From Escherichia coli O127:H6 str. E2348/69 (GTDB lineage: Bacteria; Pseudomonadota; Gammaproteobacteria; Enterobacterales; Enterobacteriaceae): 64,000 bases of DNA. Positions within the stretch are counted from its first letter, which is position 1. Every line of letters starts with the position of its first letter. The position numbers and the translations under genes are program-made. Shown piece by piece: positions 35,124 to 44,150 of the stretch. The DNA is taken from NCBI RefSeq assembly GCF_000026545.1, contig NC_011601.1, one strand, 5' to 3'. The notes below the pieces were generated by a model. That model saw only the letters and a list, made by a program, of their open reading frames with translations, had not been told where the DNA came from and did no database searches.

Positions 35124-35675
35124 ATGCAAGATATTACAAACATCGCAGTGACTGGCGAAGATGGCGTGGTGACGTATGCCGACGGCAGTAAAGAGGAGTT
35201 CCAGTGCAGCGGAACCGTTGCGACCATCATTGCAAGTCTTGCAACGACACTCGAGAAAGAACGCAAAATGCGCATCGCCACCGGCGACCGCCTGCGCCGC
35301 ATGTACACCCGCGACAGTGATATGATTTCCCGCGGTTTGAATGGCACGTCTGCTACTTCCACGGCACCGACAGCAATGAATGCTGAGTTCATGCGTCTGG
35401 TACGTGCCGTAGCGCCGAAATACGATTCAGCACTGCCCGACGCCGACCCGCGCATCGTTGCGCTCGATGTGCTGCGCTACGCCCCTGCTGAGGCGTTCAG
35501 CGCCGTACACCCTACCCCAATGTCAGAAATCCAGCTGGATCAGGCTATCGATATACTCGAGCAGGTTGGCGACTACATGAAAGCAAACAATATCGCTCCG
35601 AAAATAATTTCTACAGGAGACGCAATCCGCAGCATCAATGCTGACAACGCCACCTTCTGGGGCAAAAAACACTAA
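35124..35675 (+). CDS. Hypothetical protein (island cargo, operon gene 1)
   Basis: 183-aa ORF with no recognised domain; first of four co-directional, tightly spaced ORFs. Confidence 0.6.
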   Translation: MQDITNIAVTGEDGVVTYADGSKEEFQCSGTVATIIASLATTLEKERKMRIATGDRLRRMYTRDSDMISRGLNGTSATSTAPTAMNAEFMRLVRAVAPKYDSALPDADPRIVALDVLRYAPAEAFSAVHPTPMSEIQLDQAIDILEQVGDYMKANNIAPKIISTGDAIRSINADNATFWGKKH

Positions 35676-35688
35676 AGAGATATGAAGC

Positions 35689-35877
35689 ATGTCTATCTAT
35701 GACCCGAAATTAGCCGCAGGCAACCCACAGCGCGCCCACCGCCCAATGCTGACCCGTCAGGATCTTGAAACGGCAAAGGCACGCAATAACTTCGATCGCC
35801 AGAGTCGCAACCTGCAGCAACTCAACGAATCAAATGCACGGTTCTGGAGTGAACAGAATGAGAAAGCCAAACGTTAA
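35689..35877 (+). CDS. Hypothetical small protein (operon gene 2)
   Basis: 62-aa ORF 14 bp after gene 1. Confidence 0.45.
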   Translation: MSIYDPKLAAGNPQRAHRPMLTRQDLETAKARNNFDRQSRNLQQLNESNARFWSEQNEKAKR

Positions 35878-36034
35878 GCCGGTCCTGCTGTCCGCCGAGC
35901 AGATGCAGGCCATACGCAACATTCAGGAACGTGAACGCCAGCGCTCCAATCTCGGCGTCGCTCCCACCGTTCACCAGATTGCCCGCGGCCTCATGGCTAA
36001 GGCTCTGGCCTCACTGGCAAGCGAGGGCGCGTAA
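35858..36034 (+). CDS. Hypothetical small protein (operon gene 3; start uncertain)
   Basis: ORF track gives 35765..36034; trimmed to ATG 35858, which has GGAG 9 nt upstream; stop overlaps the next start (TAATG). Confidence 0.35.
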   Translation: MRKPNVKPVLLSAEQMQAIRNIQERERQRSNLGVAPTVHQIARGLMAKALASLASEGA

Positions 36035-36765
36035 TGGGCGCCATTCACCAGATATATGAGCAGGAAATGTTCTATAACTGGATAGGCGATGGTAAACGAT
36101 GTGTAGCATTCCACGAAGCGGGCCATGCAGTAGCCGCATGGCTTATTCGCTTAGATATGCAGGTTATCGCCATTATGGATGAATCCGGCTACGTTGCTGG
36201 CGAACATGTACATGAAGCCCAGTGTTTGGGCGTTGTTAAACACGGCATAATCCACAGCCACGATCTCAGGCGTTTGCGGGAGAGTAAATCTGGTGTAGTT
36301 GGGCACGATGGCAAAGTTATCCCTTTCATACGCTACTACGCGGAAGGTATAAAGCGCGATGCAACAAAGGCCGCTTTTGTAGCCCTCGCTGGACCAGTAA
36401 GCGAAGCCATTTACGAAAATAACGAAATTTTCAATATAAAGTATTCACTCCCTCACCGCTATGACATGGCTAACGTAAATGACATGCTCGATTTAATATG
36501 TGCCACGGATAAGCGAATTAACAGGAAGTTAATGCTTTCTAAACTTGTTGAAAAGACCAAATTCCTCATGACTCAATACTGGCCGGAAGTAGGAAAAATA
36601 GCGCATTTGCTTGAGCGGGATAACATTGTTAATGGCCGCGATGTTAGCTCGCTAATCGGCCTCAACGTCATTGACCGGGCAACGCCATTTTTGGTATCTG
36701 ACTTGAGCAGTACATTTGCTCATCTCCCGTACTCGTCCCTGCCTCCGAATGAATTAGCAACTTGA
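36034..36765 (+). CDS. FtsH-like (M41-type) zinc metallopeptidase-domain protein lacking ATPase and membrane modules
   Basis: 243 aa; HEAGH zinc-binding motif (AFHEAGHAVAAW) and downstream LAGPVSEAIY segment resembling the FtsH protease domain; no Walker motifs. Confidence 0.65.
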   Translation: MGAIHQIYEQEMFYNWIGDGKRCVAFHEAGHAVAAWLIRLDMQVIAIMDESGYVAGEHVHEAQCLGVVKHGIIHSHDLRRLRESKSGVVGHDGKVIPFIRYYAEGIKRDATKAAFVALAGPVSEAIYENNEIFNIKYSLPHRYDMANVNDMLDLICATDKRINRKLMLSKLVEKTKFLMTQYWPEVGKIAHLLERDNIVNGRDVSSLIGLNVIDRATPFLVSDLSSTFAHLPYSSLPPNELAT

Positions 36766-36776
36766 AGACAGTAAAG

Positions 36777-36803
36777 TAGCCATGCATTTAACACGCATGG
36801 CTA
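36777..36803. terminator. Hairpin between convergent cargo operons (putative bidirectional terminator)
   Basis: 9-bp perfect stem TAGCCATGC / GCATGGCTA with a 9-nt loop, between the stops at 36765 (+) and 36813 (-). Confidence 0.45.
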
Positions 36804-36812
36804 TGTGAACAT

Positions 36813-38036
36813 TTAAGAATTAGAGCGCTTAGGCGATCGCGTAAATTGCACTAAAGCCCCTTTATGATCGTTAGCCTGCACATCACGATGCTCAACCAAC
36901 ATAGATTTTAATTTTGCCAGATGCACAACAGCAGCCTTCTTGCCAGTCAGGTACCCCTCGGGCAAACCAGCAATCATTTCCACATCAATAGCAGATAAAC
37001 CTGCGAATGCAGCAAGCCGTTCAACTGAAATGATTCCAGACGATGCCAGCAATTCAATAGTACGTTTCAACAAACGTGGTTTTTCAGGCTCACGATAATC
37101 ATCTCCCGGCTCTGATTTCGCTCCCCAACGTGCTGAACGACGCTTATAAAGATTTTGTTTCTCTTCTTCCGTAATAATATGCAGCACATGTAAACGCATG
37201 ATACTTGCCGCAACGGAAATACCATAGCGTTGTTTAATTAAAAGCAAGCTATCTAATGTTACCGGGGTCCTAATTTCTTCGGCAAATGTCTCAGCAGGAA
37301 GCAGCAGTGCTCCCGCAAATTTATGAGCCTGACTTTCCTTCAGCTTATAACGTTCGGCTTCGAGTTCGTTGCCAACATAGCGGTGAAGGATCAGATGACC
37401 AATTTCGTGAGCAAGGTCAAATCTGCTACGAAAAGCATTACCTTTATCTGAAGAGAGGAGAACAAAAGGAACACCTAAAGTCTCACTCCAGGCAGAAAGC
37501 CCTTCAATCTGCGCAACGCCTGTTTCTTCTCTAATAACGATAATACCATTACTCTCTGCGGCTAAAGCAAGATCCGGTATTTCCTTTGTACCAAGATTCC
37601 AAAGAGCACGGCACTCATTAGCAGCGTCTTCAATATCTGCATCACTAATTTCATCAATGTTTGTAAAGCTACGACGCGGTAGTTTTAGCTCCGGCAGATC
37701 TACAAACTCAGTCAGCTTAGTAACTAACTCATTAGCCCAATGGATTCGAGTTTCTAACATTGCTCGTGCAGCTACATGAGCTGATGCATTGCTTCTGAAC
37801 AGAGGCTTTGACATCCCCTTCAACAGAGGGCGCGTAAACCATTCAGGTGTAACATTTACGACAGTGGCCAGACGTTCTAAAGCCTCAGACTCTGGAGCCT
37901 GTTGACCGGAACGCCATTTGCTAATGGTTGCTGGTGATACACCCACCATAGTAGCTAATTGAGTTTGTGATAGCCGCCGGGCGGCTAGTACCTGTGCTAA
38001 CCTGCCCGGTTGAAATTCGGCGACGCCTCGGCTCAT
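36813..38036 (-). CDS. Fused HTH-XRE / ImmA-IrrE-type (M78-like) zinc metallopeptidase protein
   Basis: 407 aa; N-terminal XRE helix-turn-helix (LSQTQLATMVGVSPATISKWRSG); central HExxH motif (LAHEIGHLILH); start overlaps the upstream gene stop by 4 bp. Confidence 0.8.
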   Translation of the reverse strand: MSRGVAEFQPGRLAQVLAARRLSQTQLATMVGVSPATISKWRSGQQAPESEALERLATVVNVTPEWFTRPLLKGMSKPLFRSNASAHVAARAMLETRIHWANELVTKLTEFVDLPELKLPRRSFTNIDEISDADIEDAANECRALWNLGTKEIPDLALAAESNGIIVIREETGVAQIEGLSAWSETLGVPFVLLSSDKGNAFRSRFDLAHEIGHLILHRYVGNELEAERYKLKESQAHKFAGALLLPAETFAEEIRTPVTLDSLLLIKQRYGISVAASIMRLHVLHIITEEEKQNLYKRRSARWGAKSEPGDDYREPEKPRLLKRTIELLASSGIISVERLAAFAGLSAIDVEMIAGLPEGYLTGKKAAVVHLAKLKSMLVEHRDVQANDHKGALVQFTRSPKRSNS

Positions 38037-38680
38037 ACATTATCTTCCTCGGTTCCATCTTTTCTGATAATGCCCCTTTTGAGCCCAGGGAATGCATTAT
38101 CTTCTTGGGACGGAACTACATCATATCGGGTTAAAAAAAGTTCAAGTGGCTCATGAAAAACCCAGCGCTTCCCATCAGAACTTGGTACAACAAGCTCTAT
38201 AGACATCGGAGCTTCAGGCTGAATCTGCAACGAACCGGAAAAACGGCATACTACGAACAGTGTAGCTTTTGGCACATCAGAACCATCGGAGAATAAATCC
38301 GGTTGCACCATTTTTTCCACAAACACGTTCTCAGAAATGAGTTCTTGCTTACGTTTGCTACGGAATAATCTCTTCCACTGGTTATCATTGTAGCTTTCAC
38401 GAACAATCGTGAATATACCACTATGGCCTTCTACAATACGGTTACCACGCAGCTTTCCAGGATTACAACCGTTGGCCTCAAACACCTCATAAATAGTTTC
38501 ATTCAGGTTTAAATGACGATCATAACCAAGCGCGGTCGATCTGTGATCTAGCTTCTTCTTTTGAGCATAATCGTAAGAACGCTTTGATGCCGCGTAAATC
38601 GCGTCAGAAAGGGCCATGAAGAGTTGTTTTGAAACATTCTGAACGATGAGATCTGCCACTTTGGATTTTTTCACGACCAT
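38033..38680 (-). CDS. Hypothetical protein, co-operonic with the HTH-peptidase gene
   Basis: 215-aa ORF; AGGAA just upstream of the ATG; no recognised domain. Confidence 0.65.
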   Translation of the reverse strand: MVVKKSKVADLIVQNVSKQLFMALSDAIYAASKRSYDYAQKKKLDHRSTALGYDRHLNLNETIYEVFEANGCNPGKLRGNRIVEGHSGIFTIVRESYNDNQWKRLFRSKRKQELISENVFVEKMVQPDLFSDGSDVPKATLFVVCRFSGSLQIQPEAPMSIELVVPSSDGKRWVFHEPLELFLTRYDVVPSQEDNAFPGLKRGIIRKDGTEEDNV

Positions 38681-39209
38681 TTCCTATCACTGTCACTGAT
38701 AGCCGTGATTTTATATCAGTATTTTTTCGTGTGTCCATAACGCAATCAATTATTTTTTCCTTTGTCAGCAAGAATTATATAAAAAGCACTATCATGACAG
38801 GATTTGGGCCACTAACCTTTCACAGACTCTTGAAGTCCTAGAAAAAAGCAATGGCACAAGGTGTCCTTGCCGGGAGAAAAATCATCTGGCTACCAGCAAC
38901 CTTATAGATTCCAGATCAACGTAATATCAAAGTAAAACGTCCATTTCCGGTACCATATTTGGTCATTACGACGGGGGAAACTTATACCCACTGCTGCCCC
39001 ATCGTCAGCGCCGACAGGGACCTATGCCGCAAGGTATAAGGCAAAATTGGCATTTTCGCTATTCCCCCTGCCCGTATTTTTTGGCTTACTGGAATTTCTC
39101 TATCTAACACAATGAACTTGAGGCTATTCCGACAGGGAGAAAAGCGATCTACGCCTGACCGCCTGCCTCAGCAATCATCCAGGCAAGTACGTGTGTAAGG
39201 CTAACGCGA

Positions 39210-39890
39210 ATGAGTGATTTTTATTCCCCTCTACCAAGCTATGATCTTGTCCGGGCAGCGGAGATGCTGACTGATAAGGGGGCAAATTGTACCGGTAACG
39301 ATTTATTGGAACTATGGAACCAAGGCGTTATCGAGTTGTGTTTTTCTCTGCCGGACTACATTGCTTGTGAAGATGTTAATTTTCCCGGGCATGGTCACAG
39401 CATTTTGTTATCCGTGGATCCGATTAGCTTCAACCTTTTCTGGCTAAATGTTGATTACCCACCGAACTTAAATGCTAACTTTTCTGTGAAAGAATATGGC
39501 TCAGATAGTGAATTCCATGAGCAGTCCCTATGGATACCAACAGAACCGCACTACAACACTCACCATGATAACGGGGAAGGGCTTTGCGAAGCGTTAAGGA
39601 ATACTTATGGCCGGGAAAATTTACGAATACCAGGTGTCGAATTGCAAAAGGTTTGGCGCTTTTTGATCGGTCAGCCTTATGAAAAAAAGCCAACGCCTGA
39701 GCGTATCACCGCTAAGCAATGCCGCTTTATCGTCGCATTACTCAGATCGTATAACCTGACTGACGATGATTTTAAGGGGAGCATTAGGGACCTGAGAATT
39801 AAGATATCTAACCGGATCCCTTCAATCGGTGATCCTGAAATCGATGATAATACCCTTACTGACTGGCTGAAGAAGGGAGGGGTTCGGTAG
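39210..39890 (+). CDS. Hypothetical protein (island cargo, orphan)
   Basis: 226-aa ORF with no recognised domain; divergent from the 38680 operon. Confidence 0.6.
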   Translation: MSDFYSPLPSYDLVRAAEMLTDKGANCTGNDLLELWNQGVIELCFSLPDYIACEDVNFPGHGHSILLSVDPISFNLFWLNVDYPPNLNANFSVKEYGSDSEFHEQSLWIPTEPHYNTHHDNGEGLCEALRNTYGRENLRIPGVELQKVWRFLIGQPYEKKPTPERITAKQCRFIVALLRSYNLTDDDFKGSIRDLRIKISNRIPSIGDPEIDDNTLTDWLKKGGVR

Positions 39891-39992
39891 CTGAGTTTTC
39901 ATAACTCCGATGAGTTTTCAATAACTCCCCCACCCGTAACCACCTACCCCGTAGCCTTGCGATTACCTTCTCACTCAATAGCAGGTAATCGC

Positions 39993-40205
39993 ATGAAATC
40001 GCAAACTTTCACCTTTCCTACCAATGGCAACGCACGAGCCAAACAAGTGGCGCACTATCTTGGAGTGCATATCAGCACCGTATGGCGCTATGCAAAACGT
40101 CCTGATTTTCCAAAACCCCACCAGTTAACCGACGGCGTGACCGTCTTTGACGCCGCAGCTATTCGCCAATGGAACAAGCAAAAAACCGGGGGTGAGAATG
40201 CTTAA
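39993..40205 (+). CDS. alpA: AlpA-family phage transcriptional regulator / excisionase-like protein
   Basis: ORF 39957..40205 trimmed to MKSQTFTF (70 aa); HTH segment AKQVAHYLGVHISTVWRYAKRPDFPKP typical of AlpA/Vis. Confidence 0.7.
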   Translation: MKSQTFTFPTNGNARAKQVAHYLGVHISTVWRYAKRPDFPKPHQLTDGVTVFDAAAIRQWNKQKTGGENA

Positions 40206-40259
40206 CGCGACCGTGAGCACACCCTGCACGACAGCCGTTCGATCTCCATTGTTGGCGGG

Positions 40260-40454
40260 TCAGGCTTTCGGCTCAATACCCAGCCGCTGGAGTTCTTTGC
40301 GCCCCAAGGTTTTCATCCAATTAGCTAAACTCATACCTGCATCTCGTGCGGCGGCCTCGAATTGCTCTTTCAATTCTGGGGCGATCCTCACTTGGAAAGC
40401 TGGTGCCTTTCCCCTGCCTTTGGGCTGTTTATCACGCTGTATTACTGTTGACAT
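40260..40454 (-). CDS. Putative ribbon-helix-helix DNA-binding protein
   Basis: ORF 40260..40547 trimmed to MSTVIQRD (64 aa); beta-strand plus two-helix pattern (FQVRIAPELKEQFEAAARDAGMSLANWM). Confidence 0.45.
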   Translation of the reverse strand: MSTVIQRDKQPKGRGKAPAFQVRIAPELKEQFEAAARDAGMSLANWMKTLGRKELQRLGIEPKA

Positions 40455-40588
40455 GTATGTACCTATTAAACTAAGATTCAAATCAATAGGTACGCACCTT
40501 AACATGTTAAGGTCAGAAAAGACAACGCCCCGTAGTGCTCGCAACACATACGGGGCGTCTAACCAACAACGTTACGGAGACTAACGCT

Positions 40589-40789
40589 ATGGCTAAGCCG
40601 CAGTGTACCCAAACTCACCCCAAATATCAGTATCGTTTTATGGCGCTCGATCGCGCTGACCGCCAGGCAAAACCCTGCAAAATCATTGTTGAGGCCACCA
40701 GCGAGCATGAAGCACGTAAGGTGTTGGCACCTCACTACATCCTGTCACTGTCCGCCGTTTTGCCAGTTCAGGAGGTGAGCCATGTTTAA
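40589..40789 (+). CDS. Hypothetical protein (replication-module operon)
   Basis: ORF 40535..40789 trimmed to ATG 40589, which follows GGAGA; 66 aa. Confidence 0.4.
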   Translation: MAKPQCTQTHPKYQYRFMALDRADRQAKPCKIIVEATSEHEARKVLAPHYILSLSAVLPVQEVSHV

Positions 40790-40976
40790 TGTCATTGTCA
40801 CGGTCACCTATCACTTTTCGGGAACGATCCGTCGTTTTGCTATTCCGGAACGTTTCAATAATCGTGAGCTCGCAGAGAAAGCGGCGCAGCAGTTAACCCA
40901 TACCAGCTATCTGGATGATGGAGTGAGCAGAATTGTGACCCACGCGGCGGAAGTAGTGGAGGTGCGCCATGTATGA
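40782..40976 (+). CDS. Hypothetical protein (replication-module operon)
   Basis: 64-aa ORF whose start overlaps the upstream stop. Confidence 0.4.
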   Translation: MFNVIVTVTYHFSGTIRRFAIPERFNNRELAEKAAQQLTHTSYLDDGVSRIVTHAAEVVEVRHV

Positions 40977-41157
40977 CGCCTACCTGAACCCAAAGGACGC
41001 ACTCCGTCCGATCGCCGTTGCACTCGAGGCTGCGCAGTTTATCGCGCTTGACCCGGAGAATACCGATTTAGCCCATGAGCTGATCGCCTGGGCACTTGAA
41101 ACAGCCGCGCGTGCCTCAGCTGCGCAACGTAACACCCCGGAGGTGGACAATGCTTAA
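40969..41157 (+). CDS. Hypothetical protein (replication-module operon)
   Basis: 62-aa ORF whose start overlaps the upstream stop. Confidence 0.4.
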   Translation: MYDAYLNPKDALRPIAVALEAAQFIALDPENTDLAHELIAWALETAARASAAQRNTPEVDNA

Positions 41158-41458
41158 TCTCAATACATGGAATCTTTTCACGCTGCCGCTGAACGGTGGC
41201 GCAGCTGAGACAGCGCCGGACGATCTGCGTCTGCTGGCCGCTGTGGGGGACGAGGCTCGCAACAACTACCTGCGCGGTGTAAGCGCCATCGGCAATCTGA
41301 TCTTCTGGGCATGTGATAACCCCAACTACACCGACCATCAAGCTGACCTGCCAGCGCTGGGCGCATTCCTGAAACATACCGCTGATATGGCGCGCGCTGC
41401 CGAATTCATGGCAGGACATCTGGACTCACTGGCTGACGGCAAAGAGGGAGGCAAATAA
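41150..41458 (+). CDS. Hypothetical protein (replication-module operon)
   Basis: ORF 41096..41458 trimmed to ATG 41150, which follows GGAGGTGG; 102 aa. Confidence 0.45.
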   Translation: MLNLNTWNLFTLPLNGGAAETAPDDLRLLAAVGDEARNNYLRGVSAIGNLIFWACDNPNYTDHQADLPALGAFLKHTADMARAAEFMAGHLDSLADGKEGGK

Positions 41459-41679
41459 TGCCACGCAAACATCGCTCATCAAGCAACCTGATCAAATTAA
41501 TGGAACGCCAGAAAGGTATAGGGCGCGACGATATCCAGATCGCAGATAATCGCCCTACATTCATGCCGTACGAGCCGAACGGAACCTACGCTACAAACCG
41601 CCATACCCGCCGTATGCTACGCAAGCTCCACGGCATCCAGGCAAAAAGAATGTGTGATCTGAAAGGAGGTCAGAAATGA
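41458..41679 (+). CDS. Hypothetical protein (replication-module operon)
   Basis: 73-aa ORF; stop overlaps the primase start. Confidence 0.45.
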   Translation: MPRKHRSSSNLIKLMERQKGIGRDDIQIADNRPTFMPYEPNGTYATNRHTRRMLRKLHGIQAKRMCDLKGGQK

Positions 41680-44090
41680 GTGGATTCGATCACCTGATGG
41701 AGCAGGGGCAGAAACGCACCCCTGCTCGTTTTACTGCAAATAGCTTTTCTGACCTGTGCAACGCTATTCTATCGCATCGTGTGCAAATTTCCATCACACA
41801 GGAAATGACGGATGAAGAACGGCGCAAAGAAAAGCAGAAACTGTACTGGTTCTCGGCAACTACCCAGCAGGACGGGCAGCGACGTAAACCCGAAAACATG
41901 GCACCGTGTGCTTTCGGTATGCTGGACATTGACGGCAGCACTCCCGGTGCAATCACAGCACTTGTACAGGTGTTCCGGCGATACTCAATGCTGGTGTACC
42001 AGACGGCCAGCTATACGACGGATGAACCTCGTCTGCGTATTGTGTGCGAGCTTTCCCGAGCGGTTGAATCTGACTACCGCCGAGCGACAGGCGAATCCAT
42101 AGAAACTTTGTTGATGCAGGAGGCTGGATTCTCATTCGCCAGCCTGGCGGATAAGAAAGCACGCTGGGAGAACGGCAGCGATTATGTTGTCTTTGACCGC
42201 AATGTATACGGCGCTCAAAGCTATTGCTACTGTCCACACACTGGAGCGAAAGCCCAGAATTACGCGGGCGCGGTAATCGACGTAGGGGCGTTACCGGAAC
42301 CCGCCCAGCCACCAGCGAAGGCGGCCAAAAGCAAGGCAAAGAAACAGCGCCAGCGTGACGCCGCGGCGGTAATAGATGCTGATTTTGACGATCTGAGCGC
42401 CGGACCGGATAACTTCCTTATCGCCGACCTGCGCAGCGCACTCTGGTTTCCCTCCATGCTGCAAAAGGCATGGGACAATGGGGCGTGGATTGAGCAGGGC
42501 TACCGCCTTGCATCTCTCAAAGGCACCGATTTTGAGGACGACGCGCGGCAACTGTGGGTCGAGTGGTCATTGACCGCAGCGGATGGCTGGCCTGATGAAG
42601 AACTTGATGAAGTCGCGGCACAACGCTGGAATGGTCTCGCCCCTGACAAAACCAGCTATAAAGCTATTTTTACTGATGCTCAGGCGCAGGGGTGGAATAA
42701 TCCGGGCAAATGGCGAGCAAAGGCCGCGTACATTGAGAAAATGGCCCCCAGCACACGCGGTGAACTGCTGGCGCAATATTACGGCAACGTATGCCTGAAA
42801 GCTGATGGCAACATGGTTTATCACTATACCGGGCAGGTGTGGGAGCACATCGCCGATGCCGAGTTGCGCCGCCAGCTTTCGCAGATTTTCAAAGATAACG
42901 GGGTCCCCTTTACACCGTACGAGGTTAAAAGCGCGATTGAGGCTATGGGAATGCTTCTGCCTTTAATGGGAGAAACTCCTCGTAACCTGATTGGCTTTGC
43001 CAACGGCGTTTATGATCTCGAGGCGCAGCGATTCCGCCCCCACTGCCCAGACGATTGGCTGACCAGCCATAACGGCGTTGAATACACGCAGCCGGTTAAA
43101 GGCGAAACCCTGAAAAACAATGCCCCAAACTTCTGGCGCTGGCTGCATCATTCCGCAGGGGGCGACTTCGACAAAATGGAGAGAATCAAAGCCGCTCTGT
43201 ATATGGTGCTGGCAAACCGCTACGACTGGCAACTGTTCATCGAGGTTACCGGTGCTGGTGGCAGTGGTAAAAGCGTGTTCACGGGTATTGCACGTATGCT
43301 GACGGGCGAACTACACGCCACCAGCGGCACAATGGAGGACATGGACACCGCGCGCGAACGCGCATCTTTTGTCGGCAAAAGCCTGATCACCCTACCCGAC
43401 CAAGCAACATATACGGGTTCCGGGCCGGGTATCAAGGCTATAACGGGCGGCGACGTGGTAAGGATCGACCCAAAGCACGAAAAGCCATTCCATACGGTTA
43501 TTCGCGCCGTTGTCATCGCAACAAACAACGAACCTATGCGTTTCACCGAACGACAAGGCGGGATATCGCGGCGCCGGGTTATTTTCCCGTTTAACCATGA
43601 AGTGCCGGAGGCGGAACGTGATCCCCATCTGCTCGATAAAATTAAAGCCGAACTGCCGGTAATCGTCCGTGGTCTGCTGATTGACTTCGAACAGCCAGGC
43701 AAAGCCAAATCGCTACTTATCGCGCAGCGTGATTCAGCGGAAGCGCTGCAGGTGAAGAACGATAACGACCCGATGTATGGCTTTTGCTCTTACCTGCTAG
43801 GTTTGCCGAATCCCGAGGGCATGTACATGGGCGATGGGCGCATGGCGCGAGAGCCACGCATCTACCTCTATCATGCTTATCTGGCCTATCTGGAAGCCTA
43901 CGGTTATCAGAGAACCCCCACCCTACCGAAGTTCAGCGGAGATTTACGGGACACGCTCAAAGCCTTTGGTATTACTCTGGACAGTAAAAAGAGTAAAAAG
44001 GGCAAAAGATATAACGTCAATTTGTCTGACAGGGCACAAGAATGGCTGGGAGAAGACGAACTCTCAGCTGTGCCCGACACATTGCAGTAA
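41676..44090 (+). CDS. P4 alpha-like primase-helicase
   Basis: 804 aa; Walker A GAGGSGKS in the C-terminal half (SF3/D5-type helicase); last gene of a translationally coupled operon. Confidence 0.85.
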   Translation: MSGFDHLMEQGQKRTPARFTANSFSDLCNAILSHRVQISITQEMTDEERRKEKQKLYWFSATTQQDGQRRKPENMAPCAFGMLDIDGSTPGAITALVQVFRRYSMLVYQTASYTTDEPRLRIVCELSRAVESDYRRATGESIETLLMQEAGFSFASLADKKARWENGSDYVVFDRNVYGAQSYCYCPHTGAKAQNYAGAVIDVGALPEPAQPPAKAAKSKAKKQRQRDAAAVIDADFDDLSAGPDNFLIADLRSALWFPSMLQKAWDNGAWIEQGYRLASLKGTDFEDDARQLWVEWSLTAADGWPDEELDEVAAQRWNGLAPDKTSYKAIFTDAQAQGWNNPGKWRAKAAYIEKMAPSTRGELLAQYYGNVCLKADGNMVYHYTGQVWEHIADAELRRQLSQIFKDNGVPFTPYEVKSAIEAMGMLLPLMGETPRNLIGFANGVYDLEAQRFRPHCPDDWLTSHNGVEYTQPVKGETLKNNAPNFWRWLHHSAGGDFDKMERIKAALYMVLANRYDWQLFIEVTGAGGSGKSVFTGIARMLTGELHATSGTMEDMDTARERASFVGKSLITLPDQATYTGSGPGIKAITGGDVVRIDPKHEKPFHTVIRAVVIATNNEPMRFTERQGGISRRRVIFPFNHEVPEAERDPHLLDKIKAELPVIVRGLLIDFEQPGKAKSLLIAQRDSAEALQVKNDNDPMYGFCSYLLGLPNPEGMYMGDGRMAREPRIYLYHAYLAYLEAYGYQRTPTLPKFSGDLRDTLKAFGITLDSKKSKKGKRYNVNLSDRAQEWLGEDELSAVPDTLQ

Positions 44091-44108
44091 CTTGTAAAAA
44101 ATCACCAA

Positions 44109-44133
44109 GAACCCCGTAAATCGGGGTTTTTGT
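44109..44133 (+). terminator. Intrinsic terminator after the primase gene
   Basis: Hairpin ACCCCG-TAAAT-CGGGGT followed by TTTTT, 20 nt past the stop. Confidence 0.6.
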
Positions 44134-44150
44134 CTATTTATTAGTCTGAA

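Noticed and set aside
40147-40584. 145-aa plus-strand ORF after alpA
   Set aside because: Overlaps the better-supported minus-strand RHH-like gene; low-complexity translation; no RBS.
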